From Paragordius varius (lineage: Eukaryota > Animalia > Nematomorpha), in NCBI GenBank assembly GCA_964247055.1, contig OZ176050.1:9114001-9178000 (forward strand): a stretch of DNA of 64,000 nucleotides. The letters are read 5' to 3'. A program made the translations under genes and the position numbers. Below, piece by piece: positions 36,565 through 49,101 of this stretch (positions are counted from its first letter, which is position 1; each line of letters opens with the position of its first letter). Under the pieces are notes generated by a model, which was not told the origin of the DNA, searched no databases, and saw nothing but the letters and a program-made list of their open reading frames with translations.

Positions 36565-39281
36565 CTAAACAGTGTTTTCTAGATAAAAGCGCTTCATAAA
36601 TTCAGCTAAACGCCGTGTTTCATCCATGGTTATGGAGTTAAATAAACTCACGCGTATACCTCCGACCGATCTATGGCCCTTGAGATACAACATATTTTCT
36701 TCATTTTTTGCACGTTCCAAAAATTCAGGTTCCAAAGCACCCGGATTAACATTAAAAGGTATGTTAATTCGACTTCGGCAAATATGTGCTGCCCCATTTT
36801 CATTTGTTGCCGTATTTCGCATGATTTTATTGTTTAAGTCAGTATGGAAAAGGGTATAAAATCCATTGGAAGAATCAATTACATCGTATATCATTCGCGA
36901 TTTTTGATGAGACAAACGTTCCCAATAAGCCAGCGATGGTAAAACTGCCTTTGATTCGTCAAGATTCGGACCAATATTATGTGATAATCTTAATAGGGGC
37001 AAAATCAAAAATATTACAATTTAAAAAATAATAATTGTTTAATATTTAAATCGTAAAAATATTGCGTGGTATATTTTAAACATTGAGCTATTATAACATA
37101 ATTATTAAAAATGAATGACTTACCCATTACTTAATTCATGTCCATTATTTAAATCGCATGATTCCGTTTCGAAAGGATGATCCTTTATCCATTGGAGAGT
37201 AACGTCAAGAGCATATATGCTATAAACAGGTGGTGTATTAGGCAATGAATCAGCTTTTGCAACTGTTTTATAGTTCAATACAGAGGGTATGGGACAAACA
37301 GTTTGCGAACCTAGATTCAACAATAAATCTTTTTTGATAAGTACGACAGTGATTCCAGCAATTCCAATGTTTTTCTGAGCACCTTTAAAAAACAAAAATT
37401 GTTTTCGCATAATTATTATTCATATAGTTTATCTCAATAATTTTTTGAATTTGTTTTAATTTGGTAAACTGGACAAAAAATATATGAAAATAAGTGAAAT
37501 ACTCGCATAAATTAAATCGAAACGAGACACATCTATGGCTTTCGTACAAAAATTGGATGACATATCGCATATTATTCTGGGTTCATATTTTTCACCGTTT
37601 GTTTGATAATGAATGTCGTTTTTATTGTTCCCCTTTGTCTTATATATACGTTGTATCATGTCCAAAAAATTTTCTTCATCTTTTTGATCATCGTGGGTAG
37701 GCCCATCATTTATTTCAATGCCATCAATCGTTTCATTGGAGCAATAATAAAAATAGGATGCATGGGGATTAACGCGCTGTAATAAATACTGTTCAAGGCA
37801 TGTATTGTAACTTTTTTCACCATCCCCATTAACAAACGCATTTCTAACATCCTTTTCATATATTAAATTAACATTGGTGCCTAAAATGTTTTGTGCTTCT
37901 TTGGCAGCTTTTGCAGACCATTGACCTGTGATGAAATAATCCGGAGAGGTATCAACATAATTTTCGTCATGATTAGAGGCGGCGTCACCATGTCCATTTA
38001 AGGATGCTTCTCGATAGCTGGCTATATTTAGTGGTATAGCTGCGAATTGACCTAACAACCAAAAACAAAATATTTACGATTTAAAATTAAAACTTCTCTA
38101 ATTTAAATATATGATCTATGGGGTGTATTTTAAGGTAGGGATTATGGGACTATTTTCACAGCTAAACATTAAGTATATTAAAATATTAGGCAGATTTTTA
38201 CTTTATTGTAATTTCTACGGACGAAAATTAAAGGTGCTAAAAGATAACACACAACTGTTTTAAAGGTTAGACTTACGTTATTAAATATGGTTTACAAGTT
38301 TAATGAATAATGTTTAATAATAAAAACATTTATTTGGCCGCAAAGAGTTTGTGAGGATGATGTATAACAGATGCATTTTTTAAACAATTTGCTTAAAGGG
38401 CTAGAAAATGCATTTTAGTCACAAATGTTAGGTTTTATAATTAGTATAATTGCTTAGGGGAGGCCAGTTCCATGGCATGAAATTTTAACTTCATAAATGT
38501 CGAATTAAGGGTAAAATATGAAAAATTTATCATATTATTAAAATGCAATTAATCAGATCATCAAAAAAAAAACTTTGAAAAATACTGCCTTTAAACCGCC
38601 ATAAATCGATTAAATAATAATATTTTTTCTTTGTTGTTATAAATATATTAAAGATGATGAGTGGTATAAACAAAGAGGCTAATAATTTTTGGCATAATAC
38701 ACGGTAAATTATTACTTAATTATATAATGACAGTCGTCGTCAGTTTAATACCACACAAAAGTTGAGAAATAATAAAGATTGGATGCTTGAAAATGTCAAA
38801 AATATGATTTATAAATTTTATGTTTAAAATTTAGGAATGCTAAAAATTACATTTGCAAAAAATATGTAAAAAAATTAAAATAGGTTCTTTAAAAAATTTT
38901 TAATTTTTACGTTAAGTTATATAGTTTAATTATAATGTAAAACAATGTTATATATAGCAACTTAAAATAAAGTTAATAAATTTGTCCTTTCCCATAATAA
39001 AAAATCTAACAGAGTGTCATTAAATTAAAAAATCAATAAAAACCTGTGGCGCCACCTTGCATTAATAGAACTTCATGGGAATTGTTAAGCGAAAATAAAT
39101 CTTGAATGCTGGCCTTGACCCGCTTGACTATGTTAACAAAATTAGAAGATCTATGACTAAGTTCAAAAATGTTTGATCCAGTATTATCATAGTTTAAAAA
39201 TTCTTCCAACATACGTTGTTTAACAACATCCGGTAATTTAGAGGGACCGGCGGAAAAATTAATCAATCCTTTTTCATGCAT
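36565..39281 (-). CDS. PSAT1: Phosphoserine aminotransferase; exons 39281-39044, 38051-37503, 37382-37124, 36988-36565; 489 aa
   Basis: NFSAGP, SHRS, GGATGQFAAIPLN, TGQWS, YCSNETIDG, DMSS, PLP-lysine motif SAQKNIG, NTPP and LKGHRSVGGIR. Exons sum to 1470 nt. Confidence 0.95.
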
Positions 39282-40449
39282 TATTCTCCTTTACGGCCGC
39301 GAAAACGTGTACGATTATCAAGCTAACAATAGAAATATATTTAATACACAAGATCTTCGACACTCAAAATACGCAGTTCGTAATTTATAACAAAGGTATG
39401 GGACTGAGGGATGTTGACGCTTTAAACACTCTTTAGGTGTTAGTTTGTCCTTATATAAAATCAAGATTATACAATTTTAACACAATCGGTATTTAATAAG
39501 CAATTTTTTAATTCAATTTGAATATCGTAACATGCAGGATTGACTTTATTTGTGTCAGAATAATTTTGTTCGGATTTTTCTTCTTCCATATGGCATTAAG
39601 AAATCAAGAAAAGGGCGGGAGCGTGAAGTAGGTAAAAATATGGTTTTATGTTGCAATTCTTATATAACTCAAGGTTTTTTCCACAATAAGGCTCATTTTA
39701 TATATCAATAGGAAAATTAATAATAAATGCATTTAACACAGTGTTTACAAAAAACCCTGTTCAATATATATTCTGAGATGAAAATGTCTCAAATTTATAA
39801 TGGCGCTTTTGATTTTGACTCTTACGTGTGAGTTAAGATGATTACAGTTTTGTATTAAGTGCTCCATATCAGAAAATAGGAAATTAGTAGCGCTAATTTA
39901 CCGTTAAGACTAAATAAAAAAGCAAAATAATATTTTTAAAATTTTTAAATTTTAGGATGTAGGCTTCAAAAGGCATATTTTTTTGTTTTTTTAAATAATC
40001 TAATTCTCTTAAAATAATCGCAGAAATTCCGAGATTTTGCGGAATAATTGAATTTTTTATAATTTTTTATTATTTTACTAGATATTATACTTTTTTTTTA
40101 AAATTTAATTGTTAACAAAATTTGTTTAAGAATACTCTATATAAGTCATGATGGCTGATTTATTAAAAACAATTTTTCTAAATAATTCGATACTGATTCC
40201 TATCGATTTAGAATTTTGATTAAATTGAATGTCTTTAAATTTATGTTGAATTAGAAATGTGACAAATTGGAACCAAACCATTAAATTATGAAGCGATAGA
40301 AACATATCTTATAATTTTCTCACATTTTCACATACCTCAAAATAGCAAAAATTATACCCCAACAAAAAATTGGTTAAACAAGGGTACGCCTAACTTAAAA
40401 ATATTTTTAGGTGTTATCAAAGTTGAGCAGATATTGAATATTTTTATCG

Positions 40450-43440
40450 ACTAGCTGGCCCTGTCACGCTTCGCTGTGATGTCTCACCAATAATAATCTT
40501 TCTTTTGCAATAAATAGAGGTAATAAAGATAAAAAACAAAAAACATTAATAAAAGAATATGATATTATTCTTTTAAGGGTTATTGGATAGGATCAAATAC
40601 TGTTTACTCGAAATATTGACCTTATTTTGACCCTTATTTAAGTTAATATTTAACTATTTTTATTTTAATATTTTTGTTTAACGAAATAATGCTTAAAAGT
40701 TTTATTTCGAAATGGTTATAACACTGCTGGGATCAAGGGATATAAAACGTTAATTTTTGGTCCCTTTTTAAAGCAAATAATAATATTTACAAATTGCCCA
40801 GAAATATGTTGAAAACTTGGATACAACACACTCATTTTAGTCCTTCGATTCAAATTGAGGTAGTTGGATACCCCAGGCCTGTTTAAAATCAAATACTTTA
40901 AAAAGTATGGAAGGAATCGAAACCATGGTGATATCTTATATAACATTAATAAACCGAAACATATAAAAAAATTTTATTCAAAAATACATGATATTTATTT
41001 TAAGCTAAAACCGAAAGGTAATAGTCAACGTGACATGTGTGCAATGATAAAATTGAAAAATAATACAAAATAAACCGCTTTTTCTATTTCTATCAATGTA
41101 AGATGTAATTCAAATAAAAAATTACCTTTAATTACCCTTAAAATCAAATGAAGACGATATTTTGCAAAAATTTTGTAAAATGAAAATGGCGTCGAAGTAG
41201 TTTGACATGGTACTTTTTTCAAAACAAAAGTTTTTTAATATATTTTGGCATATTTATATAATTTTTATTTGGGAAGCATAAATTTAAATTGGGACCGTTT
41301 TCTTTAGTAGTTTTATAAAAATGTTAATATTAATTTATTCTGGGTTTTTAGGTACCTTAATTTGAATCTAAGTGTTAACTGAACTCGCATGGCTTCTTTA
41401 GTTTTTGAATTAGCTCCAAAACCACGCCATTTTTATATTACGTCTCAGTTTTAAACCGGTAGACCTGTACCCATAGACCTATATAGAAAAAGCGCTAAGT
41501 TAAATTCCTTGCCTTAATGGGGCAAATATTTAGAATCTTCGATAGCATCGTCTCATCATTTATTCGAAAAAATACTTCAACACTAAATAATCGTTATAGA
41601 TGGCGTATTTTTAAGGCATAAAGGCCCCAAATTAACGGCTAGTAAAAAAACGCCTGATCTTAATTTTTACCTAGTTACCGATATTTCAAGCTATGAGATC
41701 ATATGGATTCATAAATTTTCTGTAAATTAGCTCCAAAACAAAGCAATTTCTATATAGTGGCGCAGTTTTTGGCCGTTAACCTCTTACCCAGGGCTTGTAT
41801 AAAAAAAGCGTTGGACAAAATTTTTGCCTCTATATCGGGTAATATGAAATTATCATGGTTTCCATATCTTCTTATAAGTTCTTGGAAATATTGCTTCAAA
41901 ACTAAAAAATTATATGGCGGCGCATTTTTAGGGCGTAAAACTTTAGTTAGCGACTCATTATAACCCCCTATACTAAAATATTGGTTTAAGGGGTATTAAA
42001 TATTTTGCGCCCTTATTGACATAGTCTCTTAGGTTTTCTGAAATTTGCCTGCCATGCTGTATCGATTTAATGACGCAGTACGCGGGTAGTCCCCTAACCA
42101 GGGGAAAAACAAAAAACGCTCGATTATAATTTTTGCCTTAATTCGGGTAATACCTGGAATCATGATTGATTCTATATGCTCTCGTGGGATTTTCAAATTG
42201 CCTTAAAACCAAAAATCTGGCGCATTCTTCAGGGCAAGGGACTAATTAAGGGGTACTTTAATAAAACCGCTATACTTAAATTTTTGTCTCTTTACGGGTA
42301 ATATCAAGCCCTTATTGAACTCATATGGCCTGAAAATTTTTCTAAAATTTGCCTCCAAAGTCACGCTGTATCAATATGGTAGCGCAGTTGTTGGCGGGTA
42401 GCCGAATTATCTTTCATTCCTTATGTTCTTAATAGTTTTTGGAAAAATGGCTTCAAAACTTAATAGTTCAATTATAGCGCTTTTTAGGGCTAATTAACCG
42501 CTAAATTTAAATAACCGCTCAGCTTGAATTTTAGCGTTTTTACGGGTAATATTTCAGGCCCTTATTAAACTTATATCTAATAAGTTTTTTGAAAATTAAA
42601 TCCTAAACAACGCAATTTCGAATGGTGGCACAGTTTTAGGCGGGTAGTTCCCTGCCCACAGGCTGATAGGAAAAAAAGCGCTTGAATGAAATTTTTGCCT
42701 TTTCACGGAGAATACCTGGAATCATGATTGATTCCATATGCTCTCATCAGTTTTTGGAAAAATTCTCAAAACTAAAAAATCATTCTATGGTGGCGCATTT
42801 ATCAGGGCGTGAAGGGTCTAATTAACGGCTAATTGTAAAAAACCGCACGACCTAAATGTTTACCTGTTACGGGTCATATTTTAAGCACCTATTGAACTCA
42901 TATGGCCTTTTCTGATATTTAGCCACAAAGGCACGCTATTTCGATATGACGGGGTAGTGCTGGTATCTCCTTACCCAGCAGCCAATATAAAAAAACGCGC
43001 GACTAAAAATTTTGCTTTTTAACAGGGAATACTCATCGAATTTTTACGGTCTACCTTGGGTGAAAAATAGATTCAAAAAATTATTATGGATATAGTTTTT
43101 TTGAAAAAATATCATTATATGGGGGGAGCGGGTAAAAGAGGGCCTAAATTAAAAAAACGAGCCGACTATGTTCGGCGCAATCCCAAATACGTAAAAATTA
43201 TATTTGAAATCGAACGGTCCAACACGTTTTCCGGATCTCAAAGAAACGATTTTTGTTTTAAATAAACACATTTTTTACACGAGGTGGGCCCGAACTGAGG
43301 GCATAATTTAAAAAAGGGTAGAGGTATTGTCGGAGCATTCATTAATCATTATATTTTTTTCGACATTTGGATTTAAATGAGTCTACCGGTTTTCCGGAAA
43401 CAGATCACAAACTAGCATTTACCCTTTTTACAAAATAGAT
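40450..43440 (+). mobile_element. Helentron/DINE-like composite: ACTAG terminus, family-A unit, satellite array, 3' unit like 12.6-13.7 kb
   Basis: Starts ACTAGCTGGCCCTGTCACGCTTCGCTGTGA. 40815-41380 is the reverse complement of about 7040-7620. 42950-43440 matches the 13170-13680 unit, including CAGATCACAAAC...AATAGAT. Confidence 0.55.
41390..42950 (+). repeat. Diverged tandem array, about 300-bp period made of two about 150-bp subunits
   Basis: Recurring motifs AATTTTTGCC...CGGGTAATA, GCCCTTATTGA and GGCGCA recur at about 150 and 300 bp spacing. Confidence 0.65.
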
Positions 43441-44719
43441 ATTTCCATTTTGCGTTTATTTTAAGACCTAGATCATTTTATGAGAGCAAAAATTTGGACT
43501 TTCGAAACCCACATCTAAAAAAAATTAAAAAATATTATTTTGCTTTTTACATGTAGTTTATGATATATTTTAGTGATATTTTATTGGAAAAAGCATTTAG
43601 CTTTTACAAAAAAATTTTTTCAAAAAAATATGCGACTATTTTGCCATTTTCTGATATGGAGCACTTATAACAAAGGTGTTAATAGCTTTCTTAACACTTC
43701 ATCACCTTTGGGGTAGATATCCCAGAGCGAATTGAATTTAAAATATCGTAAAAAATATTTAAGGTCTTAACCCAAATTTAATAATATGTGTTCTTTTTAT
43801 CCTTTGAGGCGCATGATAAAAATAGTTTTTTTAAAAATGCAAAATTGTTAAAACTCATCTCAAACTTTATCTTTAAATTTTTTAAATCGCTAATTCAATG
43901 GGCAATAAATGCATACTATGGTTTAAAAATGTAAATAAATAACTAAGCTTTCAGGTATTTTACCAGCAGAAATTTGATATTTATTGATTTTAAAGTCAGC
44001 TGTTTGGTTTGATCGTGTTTTGGGGATGTCTAAATTTAAACTCTAGAAGTTACAAAACTATAAAAAAAATAAAAGTTTTTTATCAAATACAGGCGAACAA
44101 TGTTTGATAATTAAATTTTAACAAAAATACTTTCAAAATAGATGTTTATTCATTAAACTTTGGAAAAACTAACCCATTATGTCATTGGAATCAAAAAAGT
44201 GAAAAAGTTATAAAGTATATCACTCGTAAGCGACAAAACAAGGATATAATCTTGAACATTTTCCTATCAGAATACATATATTTAATCAAGATATTAAAAC
44301 CGCGATTTAATGATACGCCAAAAGAATTATAATGCTACATTATACCAAATAAAACTTATATAAAGTCGGTGAGCTAAATGTTTAGCGTCATATTGTGGAG
44401 TAATAATGTTGTATAATTTGATAAAACGATTTTTATACCGTTTTCATCATGCCTCAAAATGCCATACATGCCAAAGCCAATATTAAAATGTAACAACAAA
44501 GGATGCTTTTTTAAGAATCGATCCTAATATAGTAATTATTAACCTTAGTTTCAAATTGCGGTATCTACTGACCACTAACTTTATTTAAATTAATATTTTT
44601 AAAAAAGCTAATGAAAGAAAGGGCATAAAATTATGCTTCTCTCCTAATAGAAATAAGCCAATTAAAATTTAGTTTTTAAAAAATTCCATATCAAACTATG
44701 TCGACTTTTTTATTTGATA

Positions 44720-45075
44720 ACATTTTGCAAAATATCGTGTTTGCTAATTCTGCCCCTCCTAAAATTAAAGTAATCTATTATTTAAACACATCTAACATTG
44801 ATATAAAGAGAAAAGTAATACATTTTGCATTATTTTTATATTTGGGTAATGCACACATGTCATGTTGACTAAATTTTTATGAGATTCATCCATAAAATAA
44901 GTAATATCAAATTTTTAGATTATTTTTTAATATTTCGGTACATCATTGTTCTTTAAGTGCAAACTTCTGCATGGTTTCAATTTACTCCTATTTTTACCAA
45001 TATTTCACACAGGCCTAGGGTCTCCAATGACCCCTTAAATCGGAGGACTGAAATGAATGTGTTGCACTCAAGTGT
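44720..45075 (+). repeat. Family-A unit (more diverged copy)
   Basis: CATCTAACATTGATA, CACATGTCA..TTGACTAAATTTTTA and ACAGGCCT.GGG, as at 7320-7620. Confidence 0.75.
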
Positions 45076-45627
45076 TAAAATTTCTACCGCGCCTTAAGTC
45101 TTATTCGACATTTTAAGAAAACCAGCCGATAGTTGATTTTAAAATCAGACTTTCAGAGCCCACATCTATATCTATATATTATTAATGAAAATGTTGGTTT
45201 ATTTTCCTTAAATCCGTGTGGGCCCTAAGTGAAAGTTTTGATTCATATAAGTGCCAATAATAGGGTCAATTAAGTTTCTTAAATTTATCTTCTCCGCCTA
45301 AATATATAACTTTGCATTTTACAGGAGTAGGTCCTTTTAAATTGAATGGATTAGAATAAAAGTGTCGAGAGTGACTAAACCATTTAAGCCACTCAGTTTA
45401 TAGCCGCACTCTTGTGCGGCGTTTTGAATTAACTTTAAGATAATTTTACGGATATATGGGCTGAAGGATTTTATATTAGGTTTGAGGCAGTGCAAATTAT
45501 TAGCTCAGTTAAGCCCTGCCCGTATAAGAAAATATTATCTTAGAATTTTTCCGGAAAGACCTATTCGAATTAAAAGTGGAAATTTTATATTTATTTTTAA
45601 ATGCGTTTGACAATCCTATCCTCCCGA

Positions 45628-45860
45628 CAGAGGCGCAGCTTGCATTTCTGGCGCCTGGTGCATGAATCCGTGATAAGGCCCCTTCCCCTTGCTTTAACCG
45701 CTTTTAAATAATAATCAATTTAAACCGTCATATATGGGTGATTTTTTATGTATTATTTAAAATAATAACTGTTAAATATTTTTTTAAAATAAAAATATTA
45801 TATATTATCCAGCGCCCCTTCAATTATGGCACCCGGTGCATCTCCCTCCTAGCACCTCTG
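45628..45860. mobile_element. 233-bp hAT-type MITE with an exact 8-bp TSD
   Basis: TIRs CAGAGGCGC and GCACCTCTG. The flanks CCTCCCGA at 45620-45627 and 45861-45868 are identical. Confidence 0.88.
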
Positions 45861-47671
45861 CCTCCCGATATTAGGTTTTTTAAACAAATATGGGTAGCAG
45901 TTTTTTGGAAAACGTATACACTTATTTGAATTGCATGATGGCAGCCTTTTATTTAATTATCTAAAATTTCAAAAAAATATCTGTAACATTTGAAAAATTT
46001 AGTAAAGACATAGTATATGAATTCGTTAATGGTCCTGATTATTATGAAAGTGGATATTATTGATGAGCTTTTTATAATTATATCAAGAACTCCACGGTGT
46101 TATAATACGCGTGAATTAAAATTATCTTTTTAAATTTCTGGGATTCGCATAGCCTTATTATTACCTTTGTAAATAGGATTATGGTTGATTCACTTTTTAT
46201 ACCGATTGGATTAATGTCAAATAAATTAAAACATTTGACCTATTTTTTCATAAATATTTCTAAATAATTCAAGATAAGTTGAATAAAAGTAACCTGGATA
46301 GGGGGTGGTTATGAGTCTCAACTCAAAAGAAACGCTTAAATATATTTATATAAATTTAGGCGGAAAACGCCATCTTTATAGTAAATTTTATAAATCATTT
46401 TACCCCCCTTAGTTTATTAAAAATGTTTGATAGGCCGATTTTAACTAGCGACGCGTGACAGGTCCAGCAAGTATGAAATTATATATATATATATATATAT
46501 ATTATGGTGCCATTTAACATACTTTCAAATTTATTTTATTTTAAAAAATTCTTTTGATACCATATCAGGTCCCAAACCAGAAGCAGCATGAGAATTTCGA
46601 TACATATATGTCATCAGATTATATTTAATTTATCAGTGTATTTTATTAGACTCCTGATTTTGTGTGGATATCTAAAATTTATTGTTACAGTTTAACTTCA
46701 AACTTAAACAGCTGATCTAAAAAGTAATAACTATCAAAATTAGCTGTCAAATTATAATCACATGCATTAATTACTTTCATTATAATATTTTCAAATTTTT
46801 TTAGCGCTTCAGAATCAAAAAATATTTATCGATATAAAGTTTGAAATGAGTATTTTTTAATCTTTTTGTATATTGAAAAGGCCACAAATATATAAATTGG
46901 ACATTGTATCATATTTTTGTATTTCGCTCTAGGGTAGAACTGTACTGCTACAAGGTACGCCGCTGAAAATATTAAACAGTTTGCAGTTATTCGATATTTT
47001 TAATGGATTATTGAACTAGCTTTGGCTTAAGAAGTTCGGCAAAAAGTGAAAAATTAAATGGATAAATTAGATGTAAAACCATATTTTTTGATAAAAAAAT
47101 AATTATTTTGGCTCCTATATTTTCAAAGAAAACTATGTAGAATCCATAGTTTGGTGTCAAAATAAAAGTTTTAGTGATAAATATAAACTCATTTAATTCT
47201 GCTATTAAATGTTTTACAAGATCGCCTAAATAAATCTACATAGTTATTTACAAAAGAGTGATCGATGGCCCAATTTTGAATATGTCGAAAATTAATGGTT
47301 CATAATATAAGGTTTATATAAATAAAAACAGATACAAATGTATATTATCCTAATATAATAATATTTCCTCATTGTGATGTGGGCGGGATGACCTTTGCTA
47401 AACTAACGAGGTCAGTTTTACCTGTTCACATCTACTCAACTGCATATGGAAAGTAAATTCGATCAACTTATGCATCATATATCTGAATTAGTAAGCTTCG
47501 ATATTAAAGTCTAATTGTCATTAATAGTTACTTAATTAACATTAGGAAACCAATATTTACCCCAAACAATATATATATCATTATTTTATATCCAAATGGT
47601 AAAACATATGCAAATATAATCACTTTTTATACCCATGTCTGACAAAAGATAGGCTAAAGGTGAAAATAAAG

Positions 47672-47917
47672 TATACCATTTACAGTCAAATTCACTCTCG
47701 AATAATTTAAATTTACCTTAAAAAAATTGTGTTTTTCTACATTCAAAATTACCTTTATTTTTTAATATTATTAAAATGAAAAAATCTGTTATAAATTAAT
47801 ATAATGCTGAAAAAATAATAAACTATGTCTTAAAAATATGTTTCATATTAATGATGAGTTATATTAGCTCAAAAACACAATTGATTTTTAGGGTAAATTT
47901 AAATTGTAAATGGTATA
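47672..47917. mobile_element. MITE-like inverted repeat
   Basis: TATACCATTTACA (47672-47684) is the reverse complement of 47905-47917. AATTTAAATTTACC...AATTGTGTTTTT is also mirrored. Confidence 0.6.
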
Positions 47918-48363
47918 TATCATCAATAGTGTGCTATTTCATAATAGACAACAGCAAACAGCTGTTATCTAAATTGGCCAGTTGAATATTTTTTTTGGTA
48001 ACATAACCCGCTATTATTTTAGTAGATACAAACCCAGCAATTATATATATATATATAAACGGTTTAATGTTTTATTTTATATACCAAAAAGTTTTAAATG
48101 TTTTTAAAATTTTGTATTATAAACCGGCTCCATCTTTAGTATTTCACAAACCTATGTGCTACTTAAACAAGTGAAAATGTAAATTATCTACTAAATAACT
48201 GCAAAATTAAAAGAGAAGTTATAATGTAATGTATCAATTATCTTTACCATGTTATATAATAATTTTAAAATAGGAAAGACATTTATGTATGGAAAAAAGG
48301 TCCACCCTACATGTACGGAGAATAAATTAAAATAATATAATATTCTTTATTAAATTTAAACAA

Positions 48364-49083
48364 TTAACATGATGAACATATCCATGATAAATTTTGCTGA
48401 GAAGAAGCGGGTAAACAACTAAAGTGAACTATAAATATATTGATATATTTTACCTGATTTACAACATTTTAAGCATGATGCTTTTTTGTCACTTCCAATT
48501 TCTAGATTACAGATTGAACATAAAACTTTGGACTTTGTTAAAGAATCAATAGAAATAGTATCATTATCGTCGTCATTATTTTGATTGTAAAGAGATAATA
48601 AAATATCTGCAGGATAAAGTTGTTCTTTTGGAATAGAAGAACAAGCTGAGTCAAACGGTAAATCTTTAAGCTCTTTGTTGCTATATCTATTTTTTATATG
48701 TATACATACCGTCTATATGAAGTGGTGTACTGTCCTGACTTTAAAGCAAATGGATATGGGTCGAATTTTACATTTCGGTATAAAAAAATTCTATTTTGAG
48801 GATAATGTATAGACTAAAAATAAAAGTAATAATAAAACCATAGTCTGCAAATCAAAATACGAGGCTGCTTCAGTCGCACGCTTTTTGTTCAATTTTTTAT
48901 TGTACTTGATGGTAGTTCTAATAGCTTTCTTAATTGTTGAAACTGCTTTATATTTTTCAAATAAAGGATTCTTTATTTTTAAAATAATATTACTATAGGG
49001 ACATCTGATTTCACTGAGAAATCTACACCATTAGGAGCTTCAGAATTCGAATTTTCGTCTAACTGCAATACCTCTTCATTCAT
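48364..49083 (-). CDS. PHF10: Miniature PHF10/BAF45a/SAYP-like protein (SAY domain plus one PHD finger); exons 49083-48994, 48970-48839, 48813-48710, 48686-48454, 48428-48364; 207 aa
   Basis: After removing four 23-25 nt GT-AG introns it reads ...YNKKLNKKRATEAASYFDLQTMSIHYPQ...PYPFALKSGQYTTSYRRYSNKELKDLP, matching the SAY motif (AYFDLQT...[26 protein letters not shown]). This is followed by CSIC...CLKC...HFSC...WICSSC*. Confidence 0.88.
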
Positions 49084-49101
49084 TTAATTGTCTGAAAAAA
49101 C
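49084..49101. promoter_or_regulatory. 18-nt divergent spacer between the PHF10 and RBM45 start codons
   Basis: ATG at 49083 (-) and ATG at 49102 (+). The promoter role is inferred. Confidence 0.55.

Noticed and set aside
39279-39293. Shine-Dalgarno-like AAGGAG 4 nt upstream of the PSAT1 ATG (minus strand)
   Set aside because: The gene has spliceosomal introns, the spacing is short, and such a motif can arise by chance. It is not evidence of bacterial origin on its own.
45404-45421. Hairpin GCCGCAC-TCTT-GTGCGGC as a Helitron 3' end or terminator
   Set aside because: There is no downstream CTRR end and no associated element boundary, and intrinsic terminators are not expected here.
47360-47490. 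Minus-strand fragment RPHHNEEILL resembling the PHF10 second-PHD linker, with a possible 24-nt intron
   Set aside because: It has no Cys/His ligand pattern, a stop follows immediately, and there is no phase-consistent join to the PHF10 last exon.
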